DNA from: a virus
IMG/VR virus record: IMGVR_UViG_3300044609_000960
Span: 64,001-128,000 of that record
Reading direction: 5' to 3' (one strand)
Length of the DNA: 64,000 nt
The position numbers were made by a program, and so were the translations under genes. Below the pieces are notes generated by a model. That model had not been told where the DNA came from, made no database searches, and saw only the letters and a list, made by a program, of their open reading frames with translations. Below are positions 31,495 through 42,300 of the stretch, piece by piece. How positions within the stretch are numbered: the stretch's first letter is position 1; every line of letters begins with the position of its first letter.

Positions 31495-33258
31495 ATGGCC
31501 GGACTTTATAGTAAGAAAAATCTTGGTGAGGTACAATTAAACCTCAAGGACGCTTTACAAAAACTTTACGCTCCAGGTATCCAAGAGGATATTAGATTAT
31601 TTGCATTTTCTAATTCGCTATATTCTGAAATCCGGTCTGGTATTACAAAGATAGATGCGAGCACTGGGGAAGAAATTGACGTACCTAATGAGATCTTTGG
31701 TCTAATCAACGAACCATTTACAGATGATAATGGTAATGTTATTAATAGAACAAAGTTTATCACAAACAGACTAACTTTCTCTAGTAATAACAGAGTATTT
31801 TTTGAAACTATTTCCAATGCAGGATTCACTTTTGATAGAAGAACCTCTTTTACCGAAGGTGCTCCTATAATAGTATCAAGAAATGGTTCGATTGTAAACT
31901 TAGAAGTTATTGGATCTGGATCGCAATATGAGGTTATCTCATCTGCTGGACAAATAGTACCAGGTCCTGTAACTATTCAGGTTAATGTACGTGGTAAAGA
32001 ATCCGGTGCAGAAAACGCAGTTGTTGAAGTAACTATTGATGCTAATGGATCTATTTCTAAAACCTCACCACCATCTGTTATTTCTGGTGGCTCTGGTTAT
32101 TTTGAAGAGGAGGACCTTGAGTTAATAACTCAATGTAGAACTAATAGATTCGGTCAAGAAGAAACCCCTAGTTTACATAAATGTAAAAACTATCCGACTT
32201 CTGGTAATAGATTATTCCATAGACAATTTAAATATACCGTACCTTCAGCTGGTCAACAAATTGATTATAGCACCTCCTCGTTAGGATATCTTGCTACATT
32301 ACGTCAAACAAAATACTTCTATCTTACAAAAGATGCCAGTGAAGAGGGATTTTTCCTATTCGACGAAAGATCTTTGAAATGGGTTTATCTTGGTGATTTT
32401 TATGATCAGCAATACGCTATAGAATTAAGGACATCCCCTCTTCTTACTATGAGGAGATATGATACTATTTCTTCATTAAATTTACTAAATTTAGATTCTT
32501 TAGACTCTAGTTCATTCTTCTTCTCCTATAGAGAAGGGTTTGGTGTAGCTGATAATTTAGGATCTCAGATTAGGGCCTCTTCCCAAAACGTAGAAAGTAT
32601 TAGAGACTCATTTAAGTATCTTTTACAAAATAACAAACGGCAACGACTAGTAACAGACGAAAAAAATACCCTAGGAACTCAATTTAATATCTTCGAAGGT
32701 AAAAACTTTGATAGCACTTTTAGGATGATTATGCGTGATCCTGATGGTGTAGTGGATAGGAGCGACGTAGAGTTTTTTGAATTAAATTCTCTCGAAGGTC
32801 CAGATGAGGTGGAGTTAACTGCAGGGGGTGTTACATATCATATCCCTGGACTTTATCTTAATGTGGGTGGAGTGTATAAAAGAGCTTTTAGTACAGATGA
32901 TAAACCTTTCTTAAGCTCTAGAGGAAAAGTATATATCAGTCCTTTGATTGATAAAATCAATGGGTCTACTAATTACGCGACTGGAAGTTTTGTACCTAGA
33001 AATCCATCTGGTGATAATAAGTACTCTATTTCTACTGCCTATTTACGCTCTGGTGGAGAGGTGCTTGTTGGATTTGATACAACTATAGGAACATTGGTGC
33101 AAAACTTATCCTCCTCAAATAAAAATGGAGGATTTGTGTTCCATAGAGCTTTATCCACACCCACAATTAATTCTGGTAGTGGGATACAGGGATGGCCATT
33201 ATTTGACTATGAAAACCAAGGAGTAATATACTCCCCGGTTATTTTAGGCTATACCTGA
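31495..33258 (+). CDS. Hypothetical virion structural protein
   Basis: 587 aa with GSGSQY/GGSGY motifs typical of cyanophage fibre and baseplate proteins. Confidence 0.65.
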   Translation: MAGLYSKKNLGEVQLNLKDALQKLYAPGIQEDIRLFAFSNSLYSEIRSGITKIDASTGEEIDVPNEIFGLINEPFTDDNGNVINRTKFITNRLTFSSNNRVFFETISNAGFTFDRRTSFTEGAPIIVSRNGSIVNLEVIGSGSQYEVISSAGQIVPGPVTIQVNVRGKESGAENAVVEVTIDANGSISKTSPPSVISGGSGYFEEEDLELITQCRTNRFGQEETPSLHKCKNYPTSGNRLFHRQFKYTVPSAGQQIDYSTSSLGYLATLRQTKYFYLTKDASEEGFFLFDERSLKWVYLGDFYDQQYAIELRTSPLLTMRRYDTISSLNLLNLDSLDSSSFFFSYREGFGVADNLGSQIRASSQNVESIRDSFKYLLQNNKRQRLVTDEKNTLGTQFNIFEGKNFDSTFRMIMRDPDGVVDRSDVEFFELNSLEGPDEVELTAGGVTYHIPGLYLNVGGVYKRAFSTDDKPFLSSRGKVYISPLIDKINGSTNYATGSFVPRNPSGDNKYSISTAYLRSGGEVLVGFDTTIGTLVQNLSSSNKNGGFVFHRALSTPTINSGSGIQGWPLFDYENQGVIYSPVILGYT

Positions 33259-36200
33259 TAGTAGAGGAGAGGCAGAGTTGAGAGGATTCTGCCTTGCGTT
33301 AACGAATAAATAATAAGTATCCTTTACCTTTTCTTGATTACCAATATGGACATATACATCCTCATCAAATGAGGTTCCATCTTGTTTGAAGATAGGAAGT
33401 TCAACTTTAATTCTATGGGTGTAGTCAGACTCCGCTAGAGTTTTAGATGAAACAGTGATAATACCTGTTGGATTATCTGTTATGGAATAAGAAAATTCGA
33501 TCTTTTCTGAAACATTGAGTCTTTTACCACCGAGATCGGACAGAGTATGATCTCCCCAGAAAACATCGTAATTACCAACCGGCGTTGATGCGTTGTATAA
33601 AGTCGAGTCACTTACTGCTATATCTTGTAATAGTACATCAGATATCACATAAGGAGGATAGCAGATTCCATTGGTATAGTTTGTAGGTTGGTCGTATCCA
33701 AAAGGAGTGACTCTTTCCGCAGGGACTTTAGGAATCTCACTCTGAGAAGATACAAAGTTGCCGGATTGGTATGTTACCTTTAATGTATCAGAGAAACTAA
33801 TCGACTCTCCAGTATCTACTTTGGCGAATTGGAATGCTATATCTGCCTCTAAAAAGAACTTAACAAACTTTGTGTCTAATGAAGTCCGTGCTGGTTCAAA
33901 TGGTGTTCCAAAAGCTAATAACCAAATCTCATTAGTTCCTAGCACCCCATCATCAGCCAAGAATGTTTCTGTTGATGTGTTGTATTTAACTCTTTCTACG
34001 CTTAGAACTAAAGGAGCAACAAATCCTTGGACATTTGTAGTGAATGCCAAATCATCCGCATTAGCAATTGCATTGACAATAATAGGTTTATTCCAGTCGC
34101 TCTCACTTGCAAAGGCAGGTAACCCGTATGTAGTTGGGTTATCTGAAACAGTGACTATTGTCAAATCCGCGTGAAGATAAAAACGTGGGGACCCCTGCGT
34201 TCCTTTCCAATACATCCTTGCAATACGCTCTGTTACATTCCCAGCAGCAATTGTCTGATGATTTGGACTACCACCAAGATCATTTGCTCCAAGAGCATCA
34301 ACAGAATTAAACAGGGCATTATTAACCGGAATACCAGTAAATTTAACTATGCCTCCCTCACCTAACAAATTAGGCATTAGTCTCATGCCTATATAGTTCG
34401 ACGATGAGGCACTGGTGGGATATTTTGCCTCACCTAAGATAAGGTTTGGTCTGGAGGTATATGTTGCAGGATTTAGACCATTTCCGTAGAGTCCTATTCC
34501 ATCAGCATTAGATTTAAGAACGCTCTTAAAGCTATTATTAACAAATCCATCGATAGGATCATTAGTCTTAGAGATAGGTTGATCATAGAGATATCTATTT
34601 CCTTCACTAACCTTCCACCATTGCGGGCGTGCATCAAACTCGTATTTATAGATACTCGGTTCGAAATTTATATTAATGAGATCGTCATAGCCATTATAAT
34701 CATCCTTAGGAGATACAATGGTAGAGCTCCAAAGAGTATATCGTGAGTAATTATCTCTGTTGGGAACTATTTGAAGTACGTAGTTACCTGGTCCATTTAC
34801 TGGAGCCAAGGGATTACCACTTCCGTCAATAAGATAGATTACATTGGATACTAGACTTAGCCTAACATCTTGAGGAGTATTTAAAGGGACTGTAATTGTA
34901 ACTGTTTCTTGTATAGGATTACCATTATTATCCTCTCCAATAACCCTTGTAATTTGCTGATCAAATGCAACTAACTGATATCTGACTGAAGAAGTGCTAT
35001 CTAAAAGAATAGCCTCTATGTCAATAGTTGCTTCTGAGTCTGGAGTAACAATAGTATTAGGAGATACTTCTGAGATTGTAACATCAAGTTCTCCAGAGTA
35101 GAATTTATCAGTGATATTAGGAGTTGTTTCTGATACCCCATACTTAATGAAAATATTAGGTTCTGTAGGAACTTCTAATTCACTATCAGCTTTATCTGCC
35201 CCGCCATTCCACATTCTAATGGAGATGGGAACGTATCTATACCCTGTTGAACCAGATGTATTTGTTTGATATATAAATCTACTTGGAAGATTATCCAAGT
35301 TAAAACTCACACCTGAGATATATCTATCTCCCTCTTGAATGAATTTTGCGTTCTTATTTTCATCGGAAGAGTTAAATACTTCAGTCCATACTGGTACTGA
35401 ATTTGTGCCTCCATTAATAATATCGATTTTTAAAGAAGTATTTGTTTCAACTTCAAAAATATATTTCTTATCTACGCTATCATTATCAAGACGTAAAAAT
35501 CCGTCCCATCTAACTCCCCAGTTATCTTGATTATCTCTTAGCACTCTTGGAGGTCTTGAGAACCTCATGTTAGAGTCTTTGACTATGTTATTTCCGTCAT
35601 ATACGTATCTATCGACAACTGGTATCCGAGTTTCTATATAGGATCCTGAGTTAAAATATTCCTTTTCAGAATAAAGTTTAAAACCACCCTGCCTAAATTC
35701 TAATAAAGATAGAGATGTTACTGGGTTTATGTCATCCGCGCTATAAGAAACATTATTTCCAGAATCGTTAGGAGACTCTAGGAACCAAAGTGGTGGGTTT
35801 AGGACAGAATATGCTCTTGAGAAAGTATATACAGTATTAACAAATTGAGAACCAATAATTGCTTTAAGTTCTTTTAATTTATTAAGAGAATTTTCGTCAT
35901 TAGCTAAATATGCTCTAGTATATACAACCTCACTATTTACAATACTCGATCCAGTTACCTCACTCTTGATTGTTATATCTGTGCCAACTAAAGAGATTTC
36001 TCGCCCTGTTGACGGATTTACGTAAGATTTTAATGTCCATACAAGAGTATTAGGAGTATTAATTTGCTCATCAAAAGAATCTTGTTGTTGAGGTAAGATA
36101 CTAAGTTGATTTAAAGTAACAACCCCGGTATTCTCATTAAAAGAAGTGAACTTAAAAGTACCAAATTCTTGATCAGTGCCTGGTGTTGCACGATAGAATA

Positions 36201-36654
36201 GCGCGGTAGGTCCTGCATGAAGTCCATCTAAGGTCCCTTTGCCAGTAAAGGAATTAATTTGATCTATTCTATCCTCTACCCTAATTCTAGGATTAGTTGA
36301 TACAGTAGCACCTGCAATTCCACCGGCGATACTAATCCCAGAGAGGGGTGTTAGGAAGGAGGATGTAATTTCATTGCTTACAAAGTCTCTAGTTATTTCA
36401 AAATCTTCTGGCTTATATGTGCCATAAATAGAGATCTCATTCGCATCATCGACTCTTGTAACATACTCTAAGACATTTGTAAGGGCCTCACCAGGATCAT
36501 CCAGGTCTCCTAAGGCATTATTCCTCAGAAGACCCACATAATTAATATCATTAAGTTTCCTACCGGCCCTACGAAGTAGGAAAGATTGTAGAGCCGAGTA
36601 GTTATTAGCAATATCTAAATTCTGGGAGACCTTTTTGTCTATTCTGGTTGCCAT
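33244..36654 (-). CDS. PA14-domain structural protein
   Basis: DNWGVRWDGFL...YIFEVETNTSLKIDI...YVPISIRMWNGG matches PA14. Confidence 0.7.
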   Translation of the reverse strand: MATRIDKKVSQNLDIANNYSALQSFLLRRAGRKLNDINYVGLLRNNALGDLDDPGEALTNVLEYVTRVDDANEISIYGTYKPEDFEITRDFVSNEITSSFLTPLSGISIAGGIAGATVSTNPRIRVEDRIDQINSFTGKGTLDGLHAGPTALFYRATPGTDQEFGTFKFTSFNENTGVVTLNQLSILPQQQDSFDEQINTPNTLVWTLKSYVNPSTGREISLVGTDITIKSEVTGSSIVNSEVVYTRAYLANDENSLNKLKELKAIIGSQFVNTVYTFSRAYSVLNPPLWFLESPNDSGNNVSYSADDINPVTSLSLLEFRQGGFKLYSEKEYFNSGSYIETRIPVVDRYVYDGNNIVKDSNMRFSRPPRVLRDNQDNWGVRWDGFLRLDNDSVDKKYIFEVETNTSLKIDIINGGTNSVPVWTEVFNSSDENKNAKFIQEGDRYISGVSFNLDNLPSRFIYQTNTSGSTGYRYVPISIRMWNGGADKADSELEVPTEPNIFIKYGVSETTPNITDKFYSGELDVTISEVSPNTIVTPDSEATIDIEAILLDSTSSVRYQLVAFDQQITRVIGEDNNGNPIQETVTITVPLNTPQDVRLSLVSNVIYLIDGSGNPLAPVNGPGNYVLQIVPNRDNYSRYTLWSSTIVSPKDDYNGYDDLININFEPSIYKYEFDARPQWWKVSEGNRYLYDQPISKTNDPIDGFVNNSFKSVLKSNADGIGLYGNGLNPATYTSRPNLILGEAKYPTSASSSNYIGMRLMPNLLGEGGIVKFTGIPVNNALFNSVDALGANDLGGSPNHQTIAAGNVTERIARMYWKGTQGSPRFYLHADLTIVTVSDNPTTYGLPAFASESDWNKPIIVNAIANADDLAFTTNVQGFVAPLVLSVERVKYNTSTETFLADDGVLGTNEIWLLAFGTPFEPARTSLDTKFVKFFLEADIAFQFAKVDTGESISFSDTLKVTYQSGNFVSSQSEIPKVPAERVTPFGYDQPTNYTNGICYPPYVISDVLLQDIAVSDSTLYNASTPVGNYDVFWGDHTLSDLGGKRLNVSEKIEFSYSITDNPTGIITVSSKTLAESDYTHRIKVELPIFKQDGTSFDEDVYVHIGNQEKVKDTYYLFVNARQNPLNSASPLLSGIA

Positions 36655-36685
36655 AATGGGGCACTATGCAGTATCTATAAAGATA

Positions 36686-36693
36686 CTTTAAAC
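36686..36693 (-). promoter_or_regulatory. Putative late promoter GTTTAAAG
   Basis: Exact motif on the minus strand, 31 nt before ATG 36654. Confidence 0.75.
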
Positions 36694-36696
36694 CCC

Positions 36697-37425
36697 TCAA
36701 GTCGGGGAATATAGATCAGAGTACGCGCGGATGACAGACTTGACGAAGTCAGAACGAACAATCTCATTATAGCCAAAGTTAACATGGCCAACAGATTGAT
36801 TAGAACCAAGTCTGCGGAGGGCGTCTGAAAGTCCATCATGGCCGTAGCGGTTAGCAAGGTCACGTTGAACTACGTCACCAAGCAAAGCGATAGACGAATT
36901 ATCACCAAGTCGGGTAAGGATTGTCATTACGGAATGGGTAGTGGCATTTTGCATCTCGTCCGCAATGATCATGCAACGATGTAGAGACCGTCCACGAAGG
37001 TGCTCAATAGGTAAAAACTCAATAATCTTTTTCTCAATAAGATAGTCGGCTTTACCTTTTTGCATAAATACCGCCAAGGAGTCGCGAATCGGCATGATAT
37101 GAGGCGCGATCTTCTCTTCAAGATTACCTGGAAGGAAGCCGAGACCTTGCTCACCTGGAGTGGATACAATGGGTTTTACGTAATAAATCTTCTCGATCTC
37201 ACGTTTTTGAAGTTTTTCGCATGCAGCATGGATTGAAAGTAGTGTCTTTGCTGTGCCTGGTGGTCCGGTGAGGATGGTGAGAGTTTTTGTCTTAAGGTAT
37301 CTCATTGCATCAACCTGCGAAGGATTCATAGGCAATAAAGGCTTATGATCTTCAAATTTAGGATTAGAGGCCTGGATCATTTCACCTTCGGTGATTCTTT
37401 GACGTCGAGAGGATTTTCTTGCCAT
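36697..37425 (-). CDS. phoH: PhoH-family ATPase
   Basis: GPPGTAKT Walker A, LGFLPGNLEEK, LRGRSL, IADEMQN, LTRLG, GDVVQRD. The likely start is MARKSSRR at 37425; the ORF-track start 37482 lies inside a hairpin. Confidence 0.95.
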   Translation of the reverse strand: MARKSSRRQRITEGEMIQASNPKFEDHKPLLPMNPSQVDAMRYLKTKTLTILTGPPGTAKTLLSIHAACEKLQKREIEKIYYVKPIVSTPGEQGLGFLPGNLEEKIAPHIMPIRDSLAVFMQKGKADYLIEKKIIEFLPIEHLRGRSLHRCMIIADEMQNATTHSVMTILTRLGDNSSIALLGDVVQRDLANRYGHDGLSDALRRLGSNQSVGHVNFGYNEIVRSDFVKSVIRAYSDLYSPT

Positions 37426-37539
37426 GAGGAGATTGTAAATCTTCTGATACGAAAAAAGACCCAAGGAGATAAATATCTCCATTGAGTCTCATGATCTGTA
37501 TGTCTTAGGGGACATAGAATGTCTTCGTATCCTGACAAT
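37426..37539 (-). ncRNA. Structured phoH 5' leader / attenuator candidate
   Basis: GAUACGAA/UUCGUAUC closing stem, alternative GACAU/AUGUC hairpins, and a 14-bp terminator-like stem followed by U6. Confidence 0.5.
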
Positions 37540-37547
37540 CTTTAAAC
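37540..37547 (-). promoter_or_regulatory. Putative late promoter GTTTAAAG
   Basis: Exact motif just after the stop of the upstream gene, in front of the phoH leader. Confidence 0.7.
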
Positions 37548-37550
37548 TTA

Positions 37551-37898
37551 TCAGACAACTCTTACTTTAAGAACGCTACCAGTTCTATAAAGTCCGCCAA
37601 TAGGAACCGGTATAGTTGCTGCTGCGGCCGCTGTGTCATCTGCAAATTCTCTTAGACCTGTAAAATTAATACGGTTAAAGGCGACAGGAATGGTTGATCT
37701 ATCACCGAATCTTCTTACTACCCCCGTGCTATCTGCATAATAAACTTCATCAAGTACCTCGTTGAGGAACAACTCTCCTCTGTAGAGGCTTGAGGAGTCA
37801 TTGTCATGTTCATCTTGAAGATACGCCTCATCATGAGTAGCATCTGAAGTAAATCTAACTCCCCAACGATGATAAGGAGGTTGTGGCGTTGCAGGCAT
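37551..37898 (-). CDS. Small virion protein
   Basis: GELFLNE...YYADSTG and FADDTAAAAA...GGLYRTGSVLKVR motifs, seen in phage fibre and decoration proteins. Confidence 0.65.
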   Translation of the reverse strand: MPATPQPPYHRWGVRFTSDATHDEAYLQDEHDNDSSSLYRGELFLNEVLDEVYYADSTGVVRRFGDRSTIPVAFNRINFTGLREFADDTAAAAATIPVPIGGLYRTGSVLKVRVV

Positions 37899-37928
37899 AT
37901 TCCTACTCGGGTTTCTAGTTATATTAAC

Positions 37929-37936
37929 CTTTAAAC
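37929..37936 (-). promoter_or_regulatory. Putative late promoter GTTTAAAG
   Basis: Exact motif 30 nt before ATG 37898. Confidence 0.75.
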
Positions 37937-38004
37937 TCCAGAGTTTTTTGCTCTAGTCAAAAGTAACAGTAACTTTTTAACTGTTACTGTCAACGCACGT
38001 ATAT

Positions 38005-38019
38005 TTCTATGATAGAATA
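38005..38019 (+). promoter_or_regulatory. Extended -10 (TGnTAGAAT) early/middle promoter
   Basis: TTCTATGATAGAATA, 14/15 identical to TTCTGTGATAGAATA at 61889. Confidence 0.65.
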
Positions 38020-38042
38020 CTAAGGAATATATCGAGAAACCA

Positions 38043-38612
38043 ATGCCCTCTTATCCTAAAACAATCGTGGTCCTTGGAGCAGATCGAGTCGGAAAATCCA
38101 CTACTGTAGAAAACACATATAAAGATCTTGTAGAAAAGGATATCTGTGTCCGTTCTCTCCATTTCTCTGGTCCTCAGCCACACCATCATAGCCCCATTCA
38201 ACAATACCTTGATCCCTTCCAAGCAGCATTGGAAGAAAAAGCCCAGGTTGTTCTCTGTGATCGTGGATTTTCCGAAGTTTGTTTTTATGAGAAATTCCGA
38301 CGTCACATCGATATCTCTGAAGAATGGGCCAATAGCGCAGAATCATTCTTCGCCTCTTATAGCTCACTGATCAAAGTATTTTTGATTGAAAGGGACTGGG
38401 AATGGAGCCTCCCATTGCACATCATCGAGATCAATGAGTTATATCCTGGTTGCTCTGATTACTTTATGAATATGCAACTTCAAGCCCGAGAAAAAGAGCA
38501 TGAGGAATACTATGAATATATGAAAGACTATCTCACATACCGTTCTCTTCTTTCTGACATCACTATTCTCTCCCCGCCTGACAAGTCTTTCTCTTTGGCC
38601 GACGTAGTTTAA
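38043..38612 (+). CDS. P-loop nucleotide monophosphate kinase (thymidylate-kinase-like)
   Basis: IVVLGADRVGKST Walker A and the VVLCDRG...SE..Y motif. Confidence 0.75.
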   Translation: MPSYPKTIVVLGADRVGKSTTVENTYKDLVEKDICVRSLHFSGPQPHHHSPIQQYLDPFQAALEEKAQVVLCDRGFSEVCFYEKFRRHIDISEEWANSAESFFASYSSLIKVFLIERDWEWSLPLHIIEINELYPGCSDYFMNMQLQAREKEHEEYYEYMKDYLTYRSLLSDITILSPPDKSFSLADVV

Positions 38613-38614
38613 AG
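38607..38614 (+). promoter_or_regulatory. Putative late promoter GTTTAAAG containing the upstream TAA stop
   Basis: Exact motif 32 nt before ATG 38647. Confidence 0.7.
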
Positions 38615-38646
38615 ATTATTGAATAGATATAGGAACTATTACCCCT

Positions 38647-39369
38647 ATGGCAACCGTATTTAACACCGGTCTTCACCGTAAGATCGGCATGGAGTTTGAA
38701 TATAAAATCTCCTTTCAAGAGTTTCTAACCGAAGCTATCGGTTCGAGTCTCGTATCTTCGTATAGCGCAGGATCAAATACTCCTACTGCTCGTACTACTG
38801 CTAAAAATGCCTTCGTGGCTTGTGGCCCTAGCATGGGTTTTGAGGCCAAGAAGTTTGCCTATGCGACCCTAGAACTTGTTGTAGGCGCTCTTGCAGCCAA
38901 TGCAAACGTCCCTGCTGCTGATAAAACTGCACTCAACGACCAATTAGTTAACATCACTCGTTATGTTGGTATTACAGGCGATGGTGATTTCCATTTCATG
39001 GTAGCCACCTTCAACCTCGCTGAGACCATCTCTTCGATCATTGCTGAAGTAGTCCCTGCTCCTCAGGCCCCTGTGGGAACAATTGTGACTCTTGAGCTTC
39101 TTGATGGAGGAAGTGGATACACTGATACTCTGGACGGAACGGCAGATGGCGAGATTACCGTAGCATTCAATTCTACTGAATCCACCAACCCCGCTGGTTA
39201 TACTGCCGGTGCGGGAACAGTGTCTATTGCTACTGGTGAAGTAATCACAATCGATGCTATTACTAATGGCGGAGCCGGATTCAAAGTTGATCAGATTGTT
39301 TCAATCACATCTGCCGGAGCGGATAATGGCGATACGCTTGCAATGGCTATTGTAACCTCTGTATCTTGA
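38647..39369 (+). CDS. Virion structural protein
   Basis: 240 aa, Ala/Gly/Thr-rich with DGGSGY and NGGAGF motifs. Confidence 0.65.
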   Translation: MATVFNTGLHRKIGMEFEYKISFQEFLTEAIGSSLVSSYSAGSNTPTARTTAKNAFVACGPSMGFEAKKFAYATLELVVGALAANANVPAADKTALNDQLVNITRYVGITGDGDFHFMVATFNLAETISSIIAEVVPAPQAPVGTIVTLELLDGGSGYTDTLDGTADGEITVAFNSTESTNPAGYTAGAGTVSIATGEVITIDAITNGGAGFKVDQIVSITSAGADNGDTLAMAIVTSVS

Positions 39370-39382
39370 TCCCAGGTAAGAT

Positions 39383-42300
39383 GTGTCTAGTCTCTATCGT
39401 TGCCGAACTAGAGTAGCATATAAGCCTTTCAAATCAGAGAGGCTTATTGTCTTTGAGGAAAGACAAATTCAAGATCTAAGTGTTAAACTTAAATGGAATA
39501 ACACATTTTCCTCAATGAACTCCCAAGGTGGTGAGTCGGCTAGCGCATATACCTCTGGAATTAGTCAGTCAACTTGCCAGGTCACCCTTTCAGATCCTTA
39601 TCTGACCGGGGCGGCTTGGCCTGCGTTATTTGATGCAGCATCGATGTACTCGGCATCAAATACCGCTCAAACAAACAATATTTTGCTTCGTCCCTGTGAA
39701 GAAGGCCAAGATCCAATAAGAGACAAGTGCTTTCCTTACGCGTCCATCGATGACAGAGAACTAATTAACTCCGATGGGACATCAAGGCCATTGACGGACA
39801 CTCTGGCCCATCTTGTCATATCTTTCTGGTATGAGGTGGGAGGAACGTCTTTTGGTACAGATTATTACTTCAGAGTGAATAGGATATCAGTGTCTCATGG
39901 CGCAAATTTTCCCTCGGTTACTCTTGCGGGTGTAGAACCAAAAGCTCTAGTCTTCAACCAAAATCTTATCAATGTTAAGTTTGATGAGGGGATGACAGTT
40001 GAAGAGGCGTTAAAAAAGATCGCCGAAGAGAGCGGATATAAAGCAAGTTTCTGTGTCCCTCCTACCGAATCCCAATCTAAGCCATACATCCTCCCACGCT
40101 CAATTATATACAAAGGCGTAACTCCAGACGAGGCAATGAAAAAGCTCATTGGAGCTACGGGTGGATCGATGCTATCTCTCCCTGTCAAGGAATATGGTAA
40201 TAGGGTGAGCGTTTGCTCTCGTGGTGAAATTACTCAGAGTTGCACGGTATTTTATCTCGGTAAAGGGCTCTATGAAAGCTATGAGATTAATGGTGAGCCT
40301 CCTACCACTTTTGCACAAAGAAATTCACAGACAGGAGCAACAATTAATGAGGCCGATCCATATGTCTCTGCAAGTTTCTCCGCTGATAAATACTCCCTCA
40401 AAGAGGTCATAAAACAAAAAAGAATCAAGGCCCTCCAGAATGTAAACAAAGTCACCTTCCAAGGACTTTTCGAACCCTGCGAAAAGAGATGCCAAGGTCC
40501 ATTATCGACTGGGTACGGATGGAAGGGTGTAGGACCTACAGTAGAAAATAAAAAATATACCCAAACAAATCTATATGGCATAGCGCCTAGTGGCACGAAG
40601 TCAATCTCCTATCTCCCAGGCAAGGTGCAAAGTGCCTCTGGGGATGAGGGGAAGGTTGTCATAAAGACAGAGTTCTGGTTACAAATTTGCAAAGAGGATG
40701 CCTCGGAAAAATGCTTTGGGCGTTACATCTTCCAAGAATCCACCAATCTTTCTGAGGTAAAGGTTAAGAATGGCGATGAGGTGAAGGTGTCTCAGCAAAT
40801 TGGCTCATCTACCTCCGATAAAAAAGAGTTGGTAAGATTTTATATCCTTGGCCATGGGACAGATTTTGTAACAATTGACCCACAACTTGTTTGGAATTGG
40901 GCTTCTCCGGCAGAGACCGCTGCTGACTTCCAAGATAAAAACGCTCCTTCATCCCCTAATCAACAATCTAATCCACCATCGACTGCTAATGGGGATAATT
41001 TAATCGGTCGAGTTGGTAGCACTGGTAGATCAACGGGTCCGCACCTCCATGCAGAATGGGAAGATAAAAGACCCATTACAGCTGCTCAAGTATTTAAATA
41101 TGTTAGATTCGGCGGAGGCAATCCTCAAGTAAGTTCTACGTATCGTTCTGCAAGTAGACCGAACCATAATGGGGTTGATATAGAAGCAGATTTAGGTACT
41201 CCGTTATATATCCAAGGAGGCGCGGGTGGTCTTAATAAGCAAGAAGGATATAGTGGTGGATTTGGAAATAATGTTTTAATTTCTACGCCAGAAGGCAATA
41301 TGCTTTTAGCCCATTTACAAGATAAAAGTATTCCTTCCAACCTCCCCGGTCTTACAAGTTCCGACTCTGCCGGTAATGTAAGTCCAACCATCTCCACAGC
41401 AGCATCAAATAAAGCCCTCACTGTAGAAACATCATTTAAAGGCGTACCTAGGGCCCTGCGGATCACTCCTGGTAGAACCATCTTGTCTTTTATCACAGAC
41501 TATGATAAATGGGTGGAGAATGGTGGGCCTAGGGGCGAAGACCCTTCAACCGATCCAGGCGTATGGTTACCAAGTCGATTTAGGAATTGGTTTGTTAATG
41601 AGGTTGAATTTGTCTGGAGACAAGGGGATCTTAGGGTGAATGTTGAGGCATCTAGTCCTTGGGGTAATAGTATAATTTCCGCACCTACCTTCCCAGAGTA
41701 TCTCCAAGGGCAGCAAAGCGCAGGAGAATTTGAAATAACCAAAGACTACTATGGATATATCCGCTCAATAGGGGACTTATGTTTTCCGATTAAGAAATCT
41801 GATACCGGAGAATTGACTAACTCATGCAAAGAGTTATGCAAAGAAGCCCAAGAGTTCTATAAGCAATTTGGTAGTGGTGAAGGAACAACCACTGATCCTG
41901 GCTCAGGTGCCGGGGCTGGTTCTCAGACAGGATTCCCTGTGGGTAAATGTCAATATACTGGTACTTCTTACGACCAAAGTAAAGTAAATAAGATTATTAA
42001 CGCAGCATATGCTGGTGGTATTAGGACCAATATTGGTCTTGCTGGAGTGGTTGCAAATGCAATCTGGGAATCTCGCCTAGATCCTAAAGCCCGCGGAGAT
42101 AACGGAGATGCCTGGGGTATTTTCCAATGGAACTCTAGAAGACCTGGGCTTATTGCTTATGCTAATAGTGTGGGTGGAAGTCCAGATAACTTTGATGTAC
42201 AAATGGGATATTTTGTAAAAGAACTTAAGGGATCAGAGTCTGCTACAATCCCAGCAGTGAACGGAGCCTCTACTCTTGCCGAAGCTACCAGACAATTTGA

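Noticed and set aside
37441-37460. CTGATACGAAA resembling a hammerhead ribozyme core
   Set aside because: It lacks CUGAnGA and the required stem II between core elements.
37921-37990. Pho box or NtcA site near phoH
   Set aside because: The TTAACC/TTAAAC words lack the 11-bp periodicity of a pho box and are explained by the late motif; there is no GTA-N8-TAC.
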